A stretch of 63,242 nucleotides of DNA, counting the filler, from Octopus bimaculoides (lineage: Eukaryota), in assembly GCF_001194135.2 (NCBI RefSeq). It is 7 parts of 7 records of this genome, joined end to end, with 100 filler letters (N's around TTAATTAATTAA, not from the genome) between each part and the next. Parts side by side here need not be neighbours in the genome. Positions count along the whole stretch, not along the records: positions 1 to 7,508 come from NC_069005.1; positions 7,609 to 25,801 come from NC_068985.1; 5 more parts are not named here. The stretch is one strand, 5' to 3'. How positions within the stretch are numbered: position 1 is the stretch's first letter; each line of letters begins with the position of its first letter. The position numbers and the translations under genes were made by a program. Positions 1-13,245 of this stretch are shown here, one piece after another. A model generated the notes under the pieces. It had not been told where the DNA came from. It worked only from the letters and a program-made list of their open reading frames with translations, and searched no databases.

Positions 1-3000
1 AAGAACGAACGATCGTACGTACATACGAACGAACGAACGGACGTACGTAGATAAGTACTATGAACGAACGAGCGATAGAACAAACGAACGTACGTACGTA
101 TGAATGAACAAATGAACGTACATACGAACGAACGAACTAACGAAAGAATGAACCAACGAAAGAACTAACGAACGAACGAATGTACATACGTACGTACTAA
201 TGACCGAACGAACGAAAGAACGAACGTACGTACGAACAAACGACCGAGCAAATGAACGAACGAACAACGAACGAACTTACGTACGTAAGCACGTACGTAA
301 TTATGTACGTACGCACGATTGAACGAACGAGCGAATGACAGAACGTACATATGTACGAACGAATGAATGAAAGAAGGATCGAACGAACGAAAGAACTAAC
401 GAACGACCGAACGTAAGAACGTACGTGTGTACGTACGAAGAAACGAACAAACGAANNNNNNNNNNCGATCGTACGTACAAACGTACATACGAACTAACGA
501 ACGAACGTACTTACGTACGTACGTACTTATGTACGTACGTTCGTACTTACGTAAGAACGTACAAAAGAACGTACATACGAAGGAACGCACTAGCGAAAGC
601 ACGAACGAACGAAAGAACTAACGAACGACCGAACGTAAGAACGTACGTGTGTACGTACGAAGAAACGAACAAACGAAACAACGAACAAAAGAAGGTACGT
701 TTGTACGTACGTTCATACGTAAGAATGAAGGAATGAACGAACGTAAGTACGTACGAACGAACGAACGTACGTACGTACGTACGAACGTTCGTAAGTATGT
801 ACGAACGAACGACCAAACGATCGAAGAAACGAACGATTGAACGAACGTACGTAGGTACGTAAGAACGAACGATCGTACGTACATACTAACGAACGGACGT
901 ACGAAGATAAGTATGTATGAACGAATAAGCGATAGAACGAACGAACTAACGAAAGAATGAACCAACGAAAGAACGATAGTACGTACGTACGTATGATGGA
1001 ACGAATGAACGAAGAAACGAAATGAATGAACGAGTGAAAGTGAGAACGAACGTATGTACGTACGTAAGTACGAACGAACGATCGTAATTACGTACGTACT
1101 TACGAACGAACGAACATACGTACGTGCGGACGAACGAACGAACGAACGACCGAACGAACGAACGACCGAACGAACGAAAGAACGAACGTACCTACTTACG
1201 AACGATCGTTCGTACGTACGTACATACGAACGAACGAACGTACTTACGTATATACGTAGGAACGTACAGACGAACGTACATACGAAGGAACGAACTATCG
1301 AAAGAACGAACGAAGGAAAGAACTAACGAACGACCGAAGAAAAGAATGTACGTGCGTACGTACGAAGAAACAAACGTACGTACATACGATCGAGCGAACG
1401 AAGGAACGTGCGTACATACGTCCGTACGTAAGTACGAACGGACGTCCGAACGTAGGTACGTACGAACAAACAAACGAACGAACGTACGCACTTGCGAACG
1501 AAAGAAAGATCGAACGAACAAACAAACGAACGTACGAACGAACGTACGTCCATACATCCGTACGTAGGAATGATCGAACGAGCGAACGAATGTACGTACG
1601 TACGAACGAATGAACTAACGTATGTACGTAGGTACGTACGTATGTAAGTAGGTACGTACGAACGACTGAACGAACGAAATTAAGGAACGAACGAAGGAAC
1701 GTACATAGTACGAATAAACGAACGTGCGTATGTACGAACGTTTGAACTAACCAACGTACGTACGTACATTCGAACGAACGAACGAACAAACGAGCGAACG
1801 ATCAAAGGAACGAACGAGACAACGAACGTACGTACGTACGCACAAACGATCGTACGTACGTACGTACATACGAACTAACGAACGTTACTACGTAAGTATG
1901 TACGAACTTTCGTTCGTTTGTTCGTTCGTTTATTAGATAGTTCGTTCGTTCCTTCGTTCGTACGTACGTACGTACTTATGTATGTACGTCCGTACGTCCG
2001 TTCATTCGTTTGTTTGTTCGTACGTACGTACGTTCGCTCGTCCATCCGTTCGTTCGTTCGTTCGTACGTACGTTTGATCGTTCGTTCGTTCGTTCGTTCG
2101 ATCATTCGTTCGTACATACATACGTACGTACGTTCGTTCATTCGTTCGTTCGTTCGTTCGTAAGTACGTACGTTCATTCGTTAGTTCGTTCTTTCGTTCG
2201 TTCTTTCGTTCGTTCGTTCGATCGAATGTACCGTACCGTTCGGTCGAACGTTCATACGTACGTACGTTAGTTTATTCGTACTATGTACGTCCGTTCGTTC
2301 CTTAATTTCATTCGTTCAGTCGTTCGTACGTACGTACGTACATAGGTTAGTTCATTCGTTCGTACGTACGTACATTCGTTCGCTCGTTCGGTCGATCCTA
2401 CGAACGGATGTATGTACGTACGTTAGTTCGTNNNNNNNNNNNNNNNNNNNNNNNNNNNNNNNNNNNNNNNNNNNNNNNNNNNNNNNNNNNNNNNNNNNNN
2501 NNNNNNNNNNNNNNNNNNNNNNNNNNNNNNNNNNNNNNNNNNNNNNNNNNNNNNNNNNNNNNNNNNNNNNNNNNNNNNNNNNNNNNNNNNNNNNNNNNNN
2601 NNNNNNNNNNNNNNNNNNNNNNNNNNNNNNNNNNNNNNNNNNNNNNNNNNNNNNNNNNNNNNNNNNNNNNNNNNNNNNNNNNNNNNNNNNNNNNNNNNNN
2701 NNNNNNNNNNNNNNNNNNNNNNNNNNNNNNNNNNNNNNNNNNNNNNNNNNNNNNNNNNNNNNNNNNNNNNNNNNNNNNNNNNNNNNNNNNNNNNNNNNNN
2801 NNNNNNNNNNNNNNNNNNNNNNNNNNNNNNNNNNNNNNNNNNNNNNNNNNNNNNNNNNNNNNNNNNNNNNNNNNNNNNNNNNNNNNNNNNNNNNNNNNNN
2901 NNNNNNNNNNNNNNNNNNNNNNNNNNNNNNNNNNNNNNNNNNNNNNNNNNNNNNNNNNNNNNNNNNNNNNNNNNNNNNNNNNCGTTCGTTCGTTCGTTCG

Positions 3001-6000
3001 TTCGTTCGTTCGTTCGTTCGTTCGTTCGTTCGTTCGTTCGTTCGTTCGTTCGTACGCACGTAATTACGTTTGTTCGTTCGTTCGTTCGTTCGTTCGTTCG
3101 TACTTACGTACGGACGTGCGTACGAACTTTCGTTCGTCCGTACTTACGTACGTACGTTCGTTCATTCGTTAGTTCGTTCTTTCGTTCGTTCGATCGATTG
3201 TACGTACGTACATTGTTTCGTTCAAACGTTCGTACATACGCACGTTCGTTGATTCGTACTATGTACATTCGTTCGTTCGTTCCTTAATTTCGTTCGTTCA
3301 GTCGTTCGTACGTACGTACCTACATACATACGTTAGTTCATTCGTTCGTACGTACGTACATTCGTTCGCTCGTTCGATCATTCCTACGTACGGATGTATG
3401 TACGTACGTTCGTTCGCTCGTTCGTTTGTTTGTTCGTTCGATCTTTCTTTCGTTCGCAAGTGCGTACTTTCGTTCGTTTGTTCGTTCGTTCGCACCTTCG
3501 TTCGCTCGATCGTACGTGCGTACGTTTGTTTCTTCGTACGTACGCACGTACGTTCTTTCCTTCGGTCGTTCTTTCGATAGTTCGTTCCTTCGTATGTACG
3601 TTCGTTTGTACGTTCCTACGTACATACGTAAGTACGTTCGTTCGTTCGTTCGTATGTACGTACGTACGTACGATCGTTCGTAAGTACGTACGTTCGTTCT
3701 TTCGTTCGTTTCTTCGATCGTTCGTTCGTTCGTTGGTTCGTTCGTTCGTCCGCACGTACGTTCGTTCGTTCGTACTTACGTACGTACATACGTTCGTTCT
3801 TTCGTTCGTTCGGACGTACTTACGTACGTATGTTCGTTCGTTCGTTCGTACATACGTAATTACGTACGTATGTTCTTTCATTCGTTCGTTCGTTCGTACG
3901 TAGGTACGTGCGTATGTACGTTCAATCGTTAGTTCCTTCGTACATTCGTTCGTTCGCACTTTCGCTCGTTCATTCATTTCGTTTCTTCGTTCATTCGTTC
4001 CATCATACGTACGCACGTACGTACTATCGTTCTTTCATTCTTTCGTTATTTCGTTCATTCTATCGCTCGTTCTTTGATACGTACTTATCTACGTACGTCC
4101 GTTCGTTCGTTCGTTAGTATGTACGTACGATCGTTCGTTCTTACGTACCTACGTACGTTCGTTCCTTAGATCGTTTGGTCGTTCGTTCGTATATACTTAG
4201 GCACGTTCGTACGTACGTACGTACGTTCGTTCGTTCGTACGTACTTACGTTCGTTCATTCCTTCATTATTACGTATGAACGTACGTACAAACGTACCTTC
4301 GTTTGTTCGTTGTTTCGTTTTTTCGTTCGTTCGTTTCTTCGTACTTCCACACGTGCTTTTTTCGTTCGGTCGTTCGTTAGTTCTTTCGTTCGTTCGTGCT
4401 TTCGCTAGTTCGTTCCTTCGTATGTACGTTCTTTTGTACGTTCTTACGTAAGTACGAACGTTCGTACATAATTACGTACGTGCGTATGTATGTACGTTCG
4501 TACGTAAGTACGTACGTTCGTTCGTTAGTTCGTATGTACGTACGTACGTACGTTCGTTGTTTCGTTCGTTCCTTCGATCGTTCGGTCATACTTACATACG
4601 TACGTACCTACGTACATACGTTAGTTCATTCGTTCGTACGTACGTACATTCGGTCGCTCGTTCGATCATTCCTATGTACGGATGTATGTACGTACGTTCG
4701 TTCGTTCGTTTGTTTGTTCGATCGATCTTTCTTTCGTTCGCAAATGCGGACGCTCGTTCGTTTGTTCGTTCTTACGTACCTACGTTCGGACGTACGTTAG
4801 TGCTTACGTACGGACGTATGTACGCACGTTCCTTCGTTCGCTCGATCGTACGTACGTACGTTTGTTTCTTCGTACGTACGCACGTACGATCTTTCTTTCG
4901 TTGGTTCATTCTTTCGTTAGTTAGTTCGTTCTATCGCTCGTTCGTTCATACGTTCATATCTACGTACGTCCGTTCGATCATTCGTTTGTATGTACGTACG
5001 ATCTATCGTTCTTACGTACCTACGTACGTTCGTTCTATCGTTCGTTCCTTCGATCGTTTGGTCGTGCGTTCGTACATACTTACGCACGTTCGTACGTACG
5101 TACGTTCGTACGTACGTACGTTCGTACGTACGTACGTTCGTTCGTTCGTTCATTCCTTCATTCTTACGTATGAACGTACGTACAAACGTACCTTCGTTTG
5201 TTCGTTGTTTCGTTTGTTCGTTGTTTCGTTTGTTCGTTCATTCGTTTCTTTGTAGGTACACACGTACGTTCTTTCGTGCTTTCGCTAGTTTGTTCCTTCG
5301 TATGTACGTGCTTTTGTACGTTCTTACGTAAGTACGAACGTACGTACATAAGTACGTACGTAAGTACGAACGTACGTACATAAGTACGTACGTACGTAAG
5401 AACGTTCGTACGTAAGTACGTTCGTACGTAAGTACGTTCGTACGTAAGTACGTTCGTACATAAGTACGTTCGTACGTAAGTACGTACGTTCGTTCGTTAG
5501 TTCGTATGTACGTACGTACGTACGATCGTTTGTGCGTACGTACGTACTTTCGTTGTTTCGTTCGTTCGATTGTACGTACGTACGTAAGTACGTTCGTACG
5601 TAAGTACGTTCTTACGTAAGTACGATCGTACGTAAGTACGTTCGTACGTAAGTACGTACGTTCGTTCGTTAGTTCGTATGTACGTTTGTACGTACGATCG
5701 TTTGTGTGTACGTACGTACGCTCGTTGTTTCGTTCGTTCCTTCGATCGTTCGGACGTTCGTTCGTTCGTTCGTTCGATCGTTCGTTTGTTCGTCCGCACG
5801 TACATACGTACGTACGTTCGTTCGTTCGTTCGATCGTTCGTTCGTTCGTCCATTCGTAGATACGTACGAACGTACGTTCGTCTGTACGTTTGATCGTTAA
5901 TTCTTTCGTTCGATCGGTCTTTCCTTCGTCTGTTCGTTTGAACGTAGGTTCTTTCGTTCGTTCGTTTGCTCTTACGTATTTACGTACGTATGTACGTTCG

Positions 6001-7508
6001 TTCTTTTTTTATTTCGATCTTTCGTTCGTTTGTTCTTTCTTTCTTTCGTACCCACGTACGTACTTTCGTTCGTTCGTACGTATGTACCTACATTTGTTCG
6101 TTAAATCGTTTGTTTTATCGTTCGATCCTTCTTTCATTCATTCGTTCGTACATACGTACGTTCTGTCATTCGTTTGTTCGTTCAATCTTGCGTACGTACA
6201 TAATTACGTACGTGCGTACGTACGTAAGTTCGTTCGTTGTTCGTTCGTTCATTTGCTCGGTCGTTTCTTCGTACGTACGTTCGTTCTTTCGTTCGTTCGG
6301 TCATTAGTACGTACGTACGTACATTCGTTCGTTCGCTAGTTCTTTCGTTGGTTCATTCTTTCGTTAGTTCGTTCGTTCGTATGTACGTACGATCGTTCGT
6401 TCTTACGTACGTACGTACGTTCGTTCCTTCGATCGTTTGGTCGTTCGTTCGTACATACGTACGCATGTTCGTTCTTACGTACGTACGTTCGTTCGGTCGT
6501 ACGTACTTACATTCGTTCATTCCTTCATTCTTACGTATGAACGTACGTACAAACGTACCTTCGTTTGTTCGTTGTTTCGTTTCTTCGTACGTATACACGT
6601 ACGTTCTTTCGTTCGGTCGTTCGTTCGTTTGATCGTACGTACCTACGTACTTTCGTTCGTTCTTTTGTTCCTTCGTTCCATCGTTCGTTCCTTCTTTCAT
6701 TTGTTCGTTAAATCGGTTGTTCTATCGTTCGTTCCTTCTTTCGTTCATTCGTTCGTTCATTCATTCGTTCGTTCGTTCGTACGTGCGAAAGTACGTTCTT
6801 CATTTGTTCTTTCGTTGATTCATACGTACGTACGTTCGTTCGTTCGTTACTACGTACGTATGTACGAACTTTCGTTCGTTTGTTCGTTTGTTCATTAGAT
6901 AGTTCGTTCGTTCCTTCGTTCGTACGTACGTACGTACGTACTTATGTATGTACGTACGTACTTATGTATGTATGTACGTCCGTACGTCCGTTCGTTCCTT
7001 TGTTTGTTCGTACGTAAGTTCGCTCGTCCATCCGTTTCGATAGAACAAACGATTTAACGATCAATCGTAGGTACATACGTACGAACGAACGAACAACCAT
7101 ACATACGAAGGAACAAACGAAGGAATGAACATATGTACGTACGTAGGAACGAACGAACGATTGATCGAACGAACGCACAAACGAAAGAAGGAACGAACGA
7201 TGGAACAATGGAACAAATGAACGAACGAAAGTACGTAGGTACGTACGAACAAACGAACGAAAGAACTAACGAACGACCGAACGAAAGAACGTACGTGTAT
7301 ACGTACGAAAAAACGAAACAACGAACAAACGAAGGTACGATCGAACGTACGTACATACATCCGTTCGTAGGAACGACCGAACGAGCGAAAAAATGTACGT
7401 ACGTACGAACGAATGAACTAACCTATGTACGGACGTACGTACGAACGACTGAACGAACGAAATTAAGGAATGTTTGAATGTTTGAACGAACGAATGTACG
7501 TACGTACA
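1..7508. repeat. CpG-rich complex tetranucleotide satellite (ACGA/ACGT units) with higher-order repeats and an inverted central block
   Basis: Continuous ACGA/TACG units. Reads ACGA at 1-~1890, TTCG at ~1900-7037, ACGA again at ~7040-7508. Longer blocks recur, e.g. GTTAGTTCATTCGTTCGTACGTACGTACATTCG near 2346, 3331 and 4620. Confidence 0.97.
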
Positions 7509-7608
7509 NNNNNNNNNNNNNNNNNNNNNNNNNNNNNNNNNNNNNNNNNNNNTTAATTAATTAANNNNNNNNNNNNNNNNNNNNNNNNNNNNNNNNNNNN
7601 NNNNNNNN

Positions 7609-7776
7609 ACTCTCTGAGTGGTTGGCGTTAGGAAGGGCATCCAGCTGTAGAAACTCTGCCAAATCAGACTGGAGCCTGGTGTTGCCATCCGGTTTCACCA
7701 GTCCTCAGTCAAATCGTCCAACCCATGCTAGCATGGAAAGCGGACGTTAAACGATGATGATGATGATGATGATGAT
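7609..7776 (+). mobile_element. 3' end of a retroposon (probably RTE-type 3'UTR) with (GAT)n tail
   Basis: GTTGGCGTTAGGAAGGGCATCCAGC...CCAACCCATGCTAGCATGGAAAGCGGACGTTAAACGATGATGATG; homologous to the reverse strand of 46335-46500. Confidence 0.7.
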
Positions 7777-8498
7777 ATTTGTATATATATACTTGTATAT
7801 AATGTATGATGATTTTATGGAATGAAGTTCCATAAATCCCATCAATTTTGTTAAGAATGAGAAAACAAGTTCTTAAAATTTATAAGAAGTTTAATTCTTG
7901 CAGACAATTATTTCGTACAGAGATATAATGATAATATAAATTCATGATTAAATTAAATTAATTAGATATATACATACTCTTCAGTGCAGGAAGGAAAGAA
8001 ACCATAATACAAGGAACTAAAAAAAGGAATAGAGCAGAAAAAACTGGATCAAGGAGAGTCATATTAATATCCGTATGAGAAAGAGATGGGAGTCATGCTG
8101 GATATTTAACCATAACTAACGGCTTCAGCGGTTATTTGAAGATATAAGTAAAAAAGTATTGGAGACATTCCCTCTATAGATAAGTATGGAAATTATAATT
8201 ATAGCTCTATATATGTAGCGTAGGGCAAGTAAGTAGTAGAAATGCCCAATGGGAAGACAATACCAAATTGAAATTTAAATTAAGACTGTTGAAATCATGC
8301 GTAGTATAATATATTTTTTTTTAAATCTATACAGAAGAATGAAGTTTAGTGTGAAGAAGTGGTATATGAGAAGTTAATACTAGATAGTTAGTGTAAACAA
8401 ATGGCAAAGAATAGAGGAATGAGAATGAGTTAAAGAGAGAAGATAATGTATATAAAGGACTCATGTTTACATAAAAAAATCATATTAGGTAATACGTA

Positions 8499-8521
8499 TT
8501 CTTCTTCTTCTTCTTCTTCTT

Positions 8522-8552
<31 letters not shown>

Positions 8553-8594
8553 ATATTATTATTATCATTATTATTATTATTATTATTATTATCA
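8499..8594. repeat. Compound (TTC)n-(ATT)n microsatellite
   Basis: Direct reading. Confidence 0.95.
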
Positions 8595-8595
8595 T

Positions 8596-9549
8596 TTATT
8601 AGGTATGATTTCTTGTTTGTATTTGTCAGCTTCCTTAAATACTGAAAACAGTTTTTTGTTTTGCTCGTGTTTTGTGGTTATTTGTATTAGTTTTCCTTGC
8701 TTCTGAAGTAGGTATTTTTGCAGTCCTATGATGGTTATTTTATGATAGTTTTTCAGCTGTATAAGACCCCTACCACCTTCTGTACATTGTATATATAGCC
8801 TTTCTATGTCAGATTTTGGGTGGTGCATCCTAGATCCTGTCATTATTTTTCTTGTTTTCCTGTCTATCTTAGATAGTTCGTTTAGTGTCCAGTTAAGGAT
8901 ATTGTAGCTGTAACTTATAACTGGGACAGCTAAAGTGTTAATACCTATTATCTTATTTTTAGCATTGAGCTCTGTTTTTAGTATTGATCTAACTCATCTA
9001 TAGTATTCTTNNNNNNNNNNTTAACTAGTTTTCCTCTTTTCAGGGTTGCTTTGGCACATTTTTCTAATCCAAATTTCATATGTATTTCCTTGGTAAATCC
9101 ATGTACTGTCTGTAGTAGTGTTTCCAGCTCTTTATCATTTCTAGCGTATAATTTTAGGTCATCCATATATAAAAGGTGGCTGATTGTTTTGCCATAACAT
9201 TTGTATCCTCATCCAGTTCTATTTAACAAGTCAGTTAAAGGTGTGAGTGCCAGGCAGAACAGGAGTGGAGAGAGTGTCTCCCTGGAATATTCCTCTTCTA
9301 ATGGGGATAGCTTTTATTTTCACGAGTCCCTCTTTTGTTTGGAGCTGTAGCACTGTCTGCCATTTATTCATAGAGTGCCTTATGTATTTTATAATAATTG
9401 GTGCCACCTTGTTTATGGCTAGTGTTTCGAGGGATCCACGTGTGGGAAACATTGTCAAAAGCCTTTCGGTAGTTGATCAAGGCCATACTGAGGCCTTTCT
9501 TCTTTCTGCGGCTGTCTTCAGTTATGGTTTTATTGATCATTAATTGATC

Positions 9550-9551
<2 letters not shown>
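8596..9551 (-). mobile_element. R4/Dong-clade non-LTR retrotransposon, internal RT fragment (frameshifted)
   Basis: Minus-strand motifs DQLMINKTI, MALINYRKAFDNVSHTW, IRRGIFQGDTLS, YMDDLKLY, FGLEKCAK, HPKSDIERLY...GGRGL; (ATT)n on both sides. Confidence 0.9.
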
Positions 9552-9590
<39 letters not shown>

Positions 9591-9603
9591 TATTATTATA
9601 ACA

Positions 9604-9830
9604 AGACAGCAAGCTAGCAGAATTGTTAGCATACTGGATGAAATGCTTTGCAGTATTTCACCTGGTGCTACATTCTGAGTTCAAATTCTGTTGAGGTCGA
9701 CTTTACCTTTCATTCTTTCAGGGTTTATAAATTGAGTACCAGTGAAACACTGGGGTTAATATAAGCAACTAGTACCCCCCCCACAAAATTTCAGTCCTTG
9801 TGCCTTTAGTAGAAAGGATTATTATTATTA
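9604..9830 (+). mobile_element. tRNA-derived SINE family C with (ATT)n tail
   Basis: Head AGCAAGCTAGCAGAATTGTTAGC, box-B-like GAGTTCAAATTC, core CTTTCATTCTTTCAGGGTTTATAAATTGAGTACCAGTG, tail CCTTGTGCCTTTAGTAGAAAGGATTATT. Confidence 0.85.
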
Positions 9831-10134
9831 TAGTTTCTACTACTACTACTACTATTATTACTTCCACCACCACTACTACTACTACCTTTTTTTACATCTA
9901 ATCTATGTTATGCTCACTTTTATCGTTGTACTACCAATAAGGTTATTACAGTAACAACCTTCACCTGCTACAGTGGTTCTGTTACAATTATGCCCTCAAG
10001 TACTCTATCCATTCCTGCTGTGGGCATTTCCATCCATTGTGCAACTTTTCACTTTGACATGTCATATGAACAACATAACAATCAGCATTATAGTTACAAG
10101 TGTTAATACTACTTCTAGTGATATTGTACTCATT

Positions 10135-10339
10135 ATGCTGGGCAAACTGCTTAGTGGCATTTCATCCATTTTTACACTGAGTTCAAATTCCACCAAGATC
10201 ATCTTTTTGGTGGTGGTGGTGGTGGTGGGGGGCATCAATGAAATACAAGTTGTGCACTGGGGCTGATTTAGTTAACTTGCCCCTTCCTCCAGAATTTCAT
10301 GCCTTGTGCTTAAAATAGAAAGGATTATTGTTATTATTA
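10135..10339 (+). mobile_element. Degenerate SINE family C
   Basis: GAGTTCAAATTCCACCAAG, CACTGGGGCTGAT and tail GCCTTGTGCTTAAAATAGAAAGGATTATT. Confidence 0.7.
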
Positions 10340-10829
10340 CTAGCAGTTCCCATGGAAATTCCACAGTTATTTTGAAAATTGTATGATGAAATTGTATATT
10401 TTTCTGAAGCATTTGATTCTTGAGAAGATACAAAAATCCACATCAGCAGTATTGAAGGTGCAAACTATTCAATCAATCATATTCTTCTTATATTTCTTTT
10501 GGAGTATGTATTTGTCTACCCTAACATGAATAAACATTTAAACCAAATAACTAAAAATCCTAGATAATTGTGGTGCCCCAGCATGGCCTCAACATTTAAA
10601 ATGGTTAAAGTAATATCGACAGGTATTTGCTAAGAGTAATTAACTTTGATTTAATTATGTGTCGACATATCCAGCCACCCATCTTTCTATCTTCTACCCA
10701 TCAATAAATCTATCTATTCACATAGATACATCAACAGATGGAAGGTATAGAAATGGATGAACATTAACATCTGTTACAACAACCAAACTTTTATTTTTTT
10801 TGCCTGTCACAATATTCTATTATCATTCA

Positions 10830-11455
10830 TCATCAGTGTCCCTTAACTAATGCAGTCAGTCATTGGGATGCCACTCTAGATGCTTTTGTAGTCTGCTGTC
10901 TTCAATGGTCTCTGTTCTCTGTCATGCATAACAAGTTTGTAATGTTGACACCTGTCTGGTCCTTGACATTGTCAAACCAGAATGTTCTCTGTCTGCCTGT
11001 TTTTTGCTCTCACTCAGTTGTGCCCTGAAGAATGGTTTTGGACAGGGAGTTGTGGTGGGATACATGATTGTACCAGGCAAGCTTTCATCTTTTTACCTGT
11101 GCAAGGAGTAGTTCCTGTCTGCCAGCATATTTGTGTGTTTAGTGCATGAGATGTGTAGCAGCCTTCTGAAGCACTTGTGTAAAAATACCTGGATTCTTCA
11201 TTCCATGTTAGCTGTAAGAGTCCAGCTCTCACAGAAGGAGTGAAGTCACCAGGGACTTGTACACTCAGAGACTTGTTGAAAAACTAATAAAATTGCTTTT
11301 CCATATGATGTTCAGCTTTGTTATAACAGCAGAAGCTAAACTGAATCTTGTTATTTCTTTTTGAGATCTGCCATTCTTGATCAAAGTAGATTCTGTTATA
11401 CAACATTTAAAATCATGTAAGTTTTCCACACCCACATTTCTTTCAGTTAACACTT
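10830..11455 (-). mobile_element. RTE-clade LINE 3' fragment (decayed)
   Basis: Minus-strand peptides KEITRFSLASAVITKLNIIWKSNFISF and GRQRTFWFDNVKDQTG, typical of the RTE ORF C-terminus; short GAT-type tail near 10830. Confidence 0.75.
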
Positions 11456-12349
11456 ACTTACTCATTCACTCTCTCTTTTCTCTTTCTCCAGCTATGCCAC
11501 TGCACTTAATGTGTCTTTTTCTATCTCTCCCTTCAACTAGCTAACAAAACAATATAATAGTAATACTTTTCTCTTGGCTATAAGCGCTAACACTCTTCTC
11601 TCTCTCCCTTTCTTTATCTCTCCCCTTTTCTTCTCCCCCTCTCTCTCTTTGCCTCTTCTTTGAACTGTGTGACAGCATCACACATTTGCCCTTAGTGTAT
11701 TAATATGTATTAATATAATACACCTTTCCTTGATCTGAATGGCATAAAATGTGTCATAATGCATCTAAACAATTTGAGTTGAAGAAACAGAAATATAAAG
11801 GACTTATACCTTGCAATCAACAGGTACTTTTGTTCAGTCTCAGATAAAATCATTTTCCCTATTGTGACTTCATAGCAAAATCTACATCTGATTTCAAATT
11901 ACACTCACACATCCATCACAAACAAATGTAGCTTCTTTCATTTTTAATCCTTTCTTTTTAGTTTTTTAAGCCCTTTTCTTCAAACATTCATATGTTGAAG
12001 TCATTGAGAGTGATCATCATCACCGTCATTGTCATCATTGTCATCATCACTATCATCATTATTGTTATTTTCTTACTACCTATATTAAAACAGTTACTAT
12101 CATTATCATTATCCTCTTTCAATTTTGTCTCCATTTCTTGCTGAGTGTCTTCCCAACACTTAGGGCAAAGAAACTCACTGTTTACATTGGTAGGCCATTA
12201 AAATAAATACACCAGATTGTTCATTTACAAAGCCATCTTGTAGAAAAAAGGGGAAGAAAGGAAGACTAAAAAGGGTAAGAAGAAAAAATTTTTTTGAATA
12301 GGAATAAATGAAAAAATAAGATAATAAAGAAAATAAAGGGAGAAAAAAG

Positions 12350-12722
12350 AAAGAAAATTCACAGCGACAATGTTCTTCTCTATACATCTGATGTACCAAT
12401 TAAAACAATCTTTTGTACTTCTTGCATGAATGGTAACCTAGGGATCATCCTCAGATAATTTTCAGTTCCGTTTTTGATCATTCCAAGTGCTCCTACAGTC
12501 ACTGGTATTGTAACCATCTTGAAATGCCACATCTTTTTGATTTCAATGAGCAAATCTTTATATTTTCTGTGCTTGTCAAATTCTTTTGTCTAGGTATTAT
12601 GATCACAAGGTATGGAAAAGGGACATGAAAAGATGGTGATGATAATAATAATAATGATGATGATGTTTTGGTCTTTCACAATATCTAGTTTATTAGCTTT
12701 GATGGTCCAGTCTGTGTGTACT
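12350..12722 (-). mobile_element. R4/Dong-clade C-terminal restriction-like endonuclease fragment
   Basis: FPVHTDWTIKANKLDIVK, then KYKDLLIEIKKMWHFKMVTIPVTVGALGMIK...EVQKIVLIGT; interrupted by a short microsatellite. Confidence 0.85.
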
Positions 12723-12753
12723 GGAAATTATTACCATTATTATTATTATCATT

Positions 12754-13245
12754 GAGTGAGAGAGTCGTGCATACCATCAAAATATACGAAACCCAGTATA
12801 CCTATCATGACTACCCGTCTGATAAGAGTACACCAGGCACATACATCACAATCATATATGCACGACAAGGTGATCTCATATCATGATAAATAGTGCATGA
12901 CCTTGCAGGTGGAGCCCAGTTAGAATTTTCTTCCGGTTGAGTAGCTCATCCTGCTCAAAGGTCCCTGAATAAGGGTTGGTTAAGGATGTTGGATGAAACA
13001 CCCATGTTTCCAGAGGTGAATTATCAAAACTCTAAAGAATTCCTCTCAACACATGGCTACGATGATCCTCCGTTACCTCTGCTTGTGATCAGAGATGCAC
13101 ATATCATCAGCCACTAAGGGACATGCTCAACTGGTTACGGTCAAACAACTGGCAAGCAAATTTGTGTTATTGAGCAGATTATTTGCTGTAGCCCATCTTT
13201 TTTACCAAGACAAAACAAAGTACATGATAACACTTCCAATCAGTT
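12754..13245 (-). mobile_element. Non-coding interspersed element D, 5'-truncated, (AAT)n tail
   Basis: Homologous over ~490 bp to 30441-30993, with overlapping parts matching 40466-41012 and 62800-63085; ends CTCTCTCACTC-AATGATAATAAT on the minus strand. Confidence 0.85.

Noticed and set aside
58-7477. Dozens of overlapping ORFs (RSFV/YVRT/TNER repeats)
   Set aside because: Translations of the tetranucleotide satellite, which happens to be poor in stop codons; no coding signal.
7553-7564. TTAATTAATTAA palindromes, also at 25846, 33625, 40410, 44014 and 60403
   Set aside because: Each sits between exactly 44 Ns on both sides (100 bp total). This is an assembly linker, not biological sequence; contiguity across these points is unverified.
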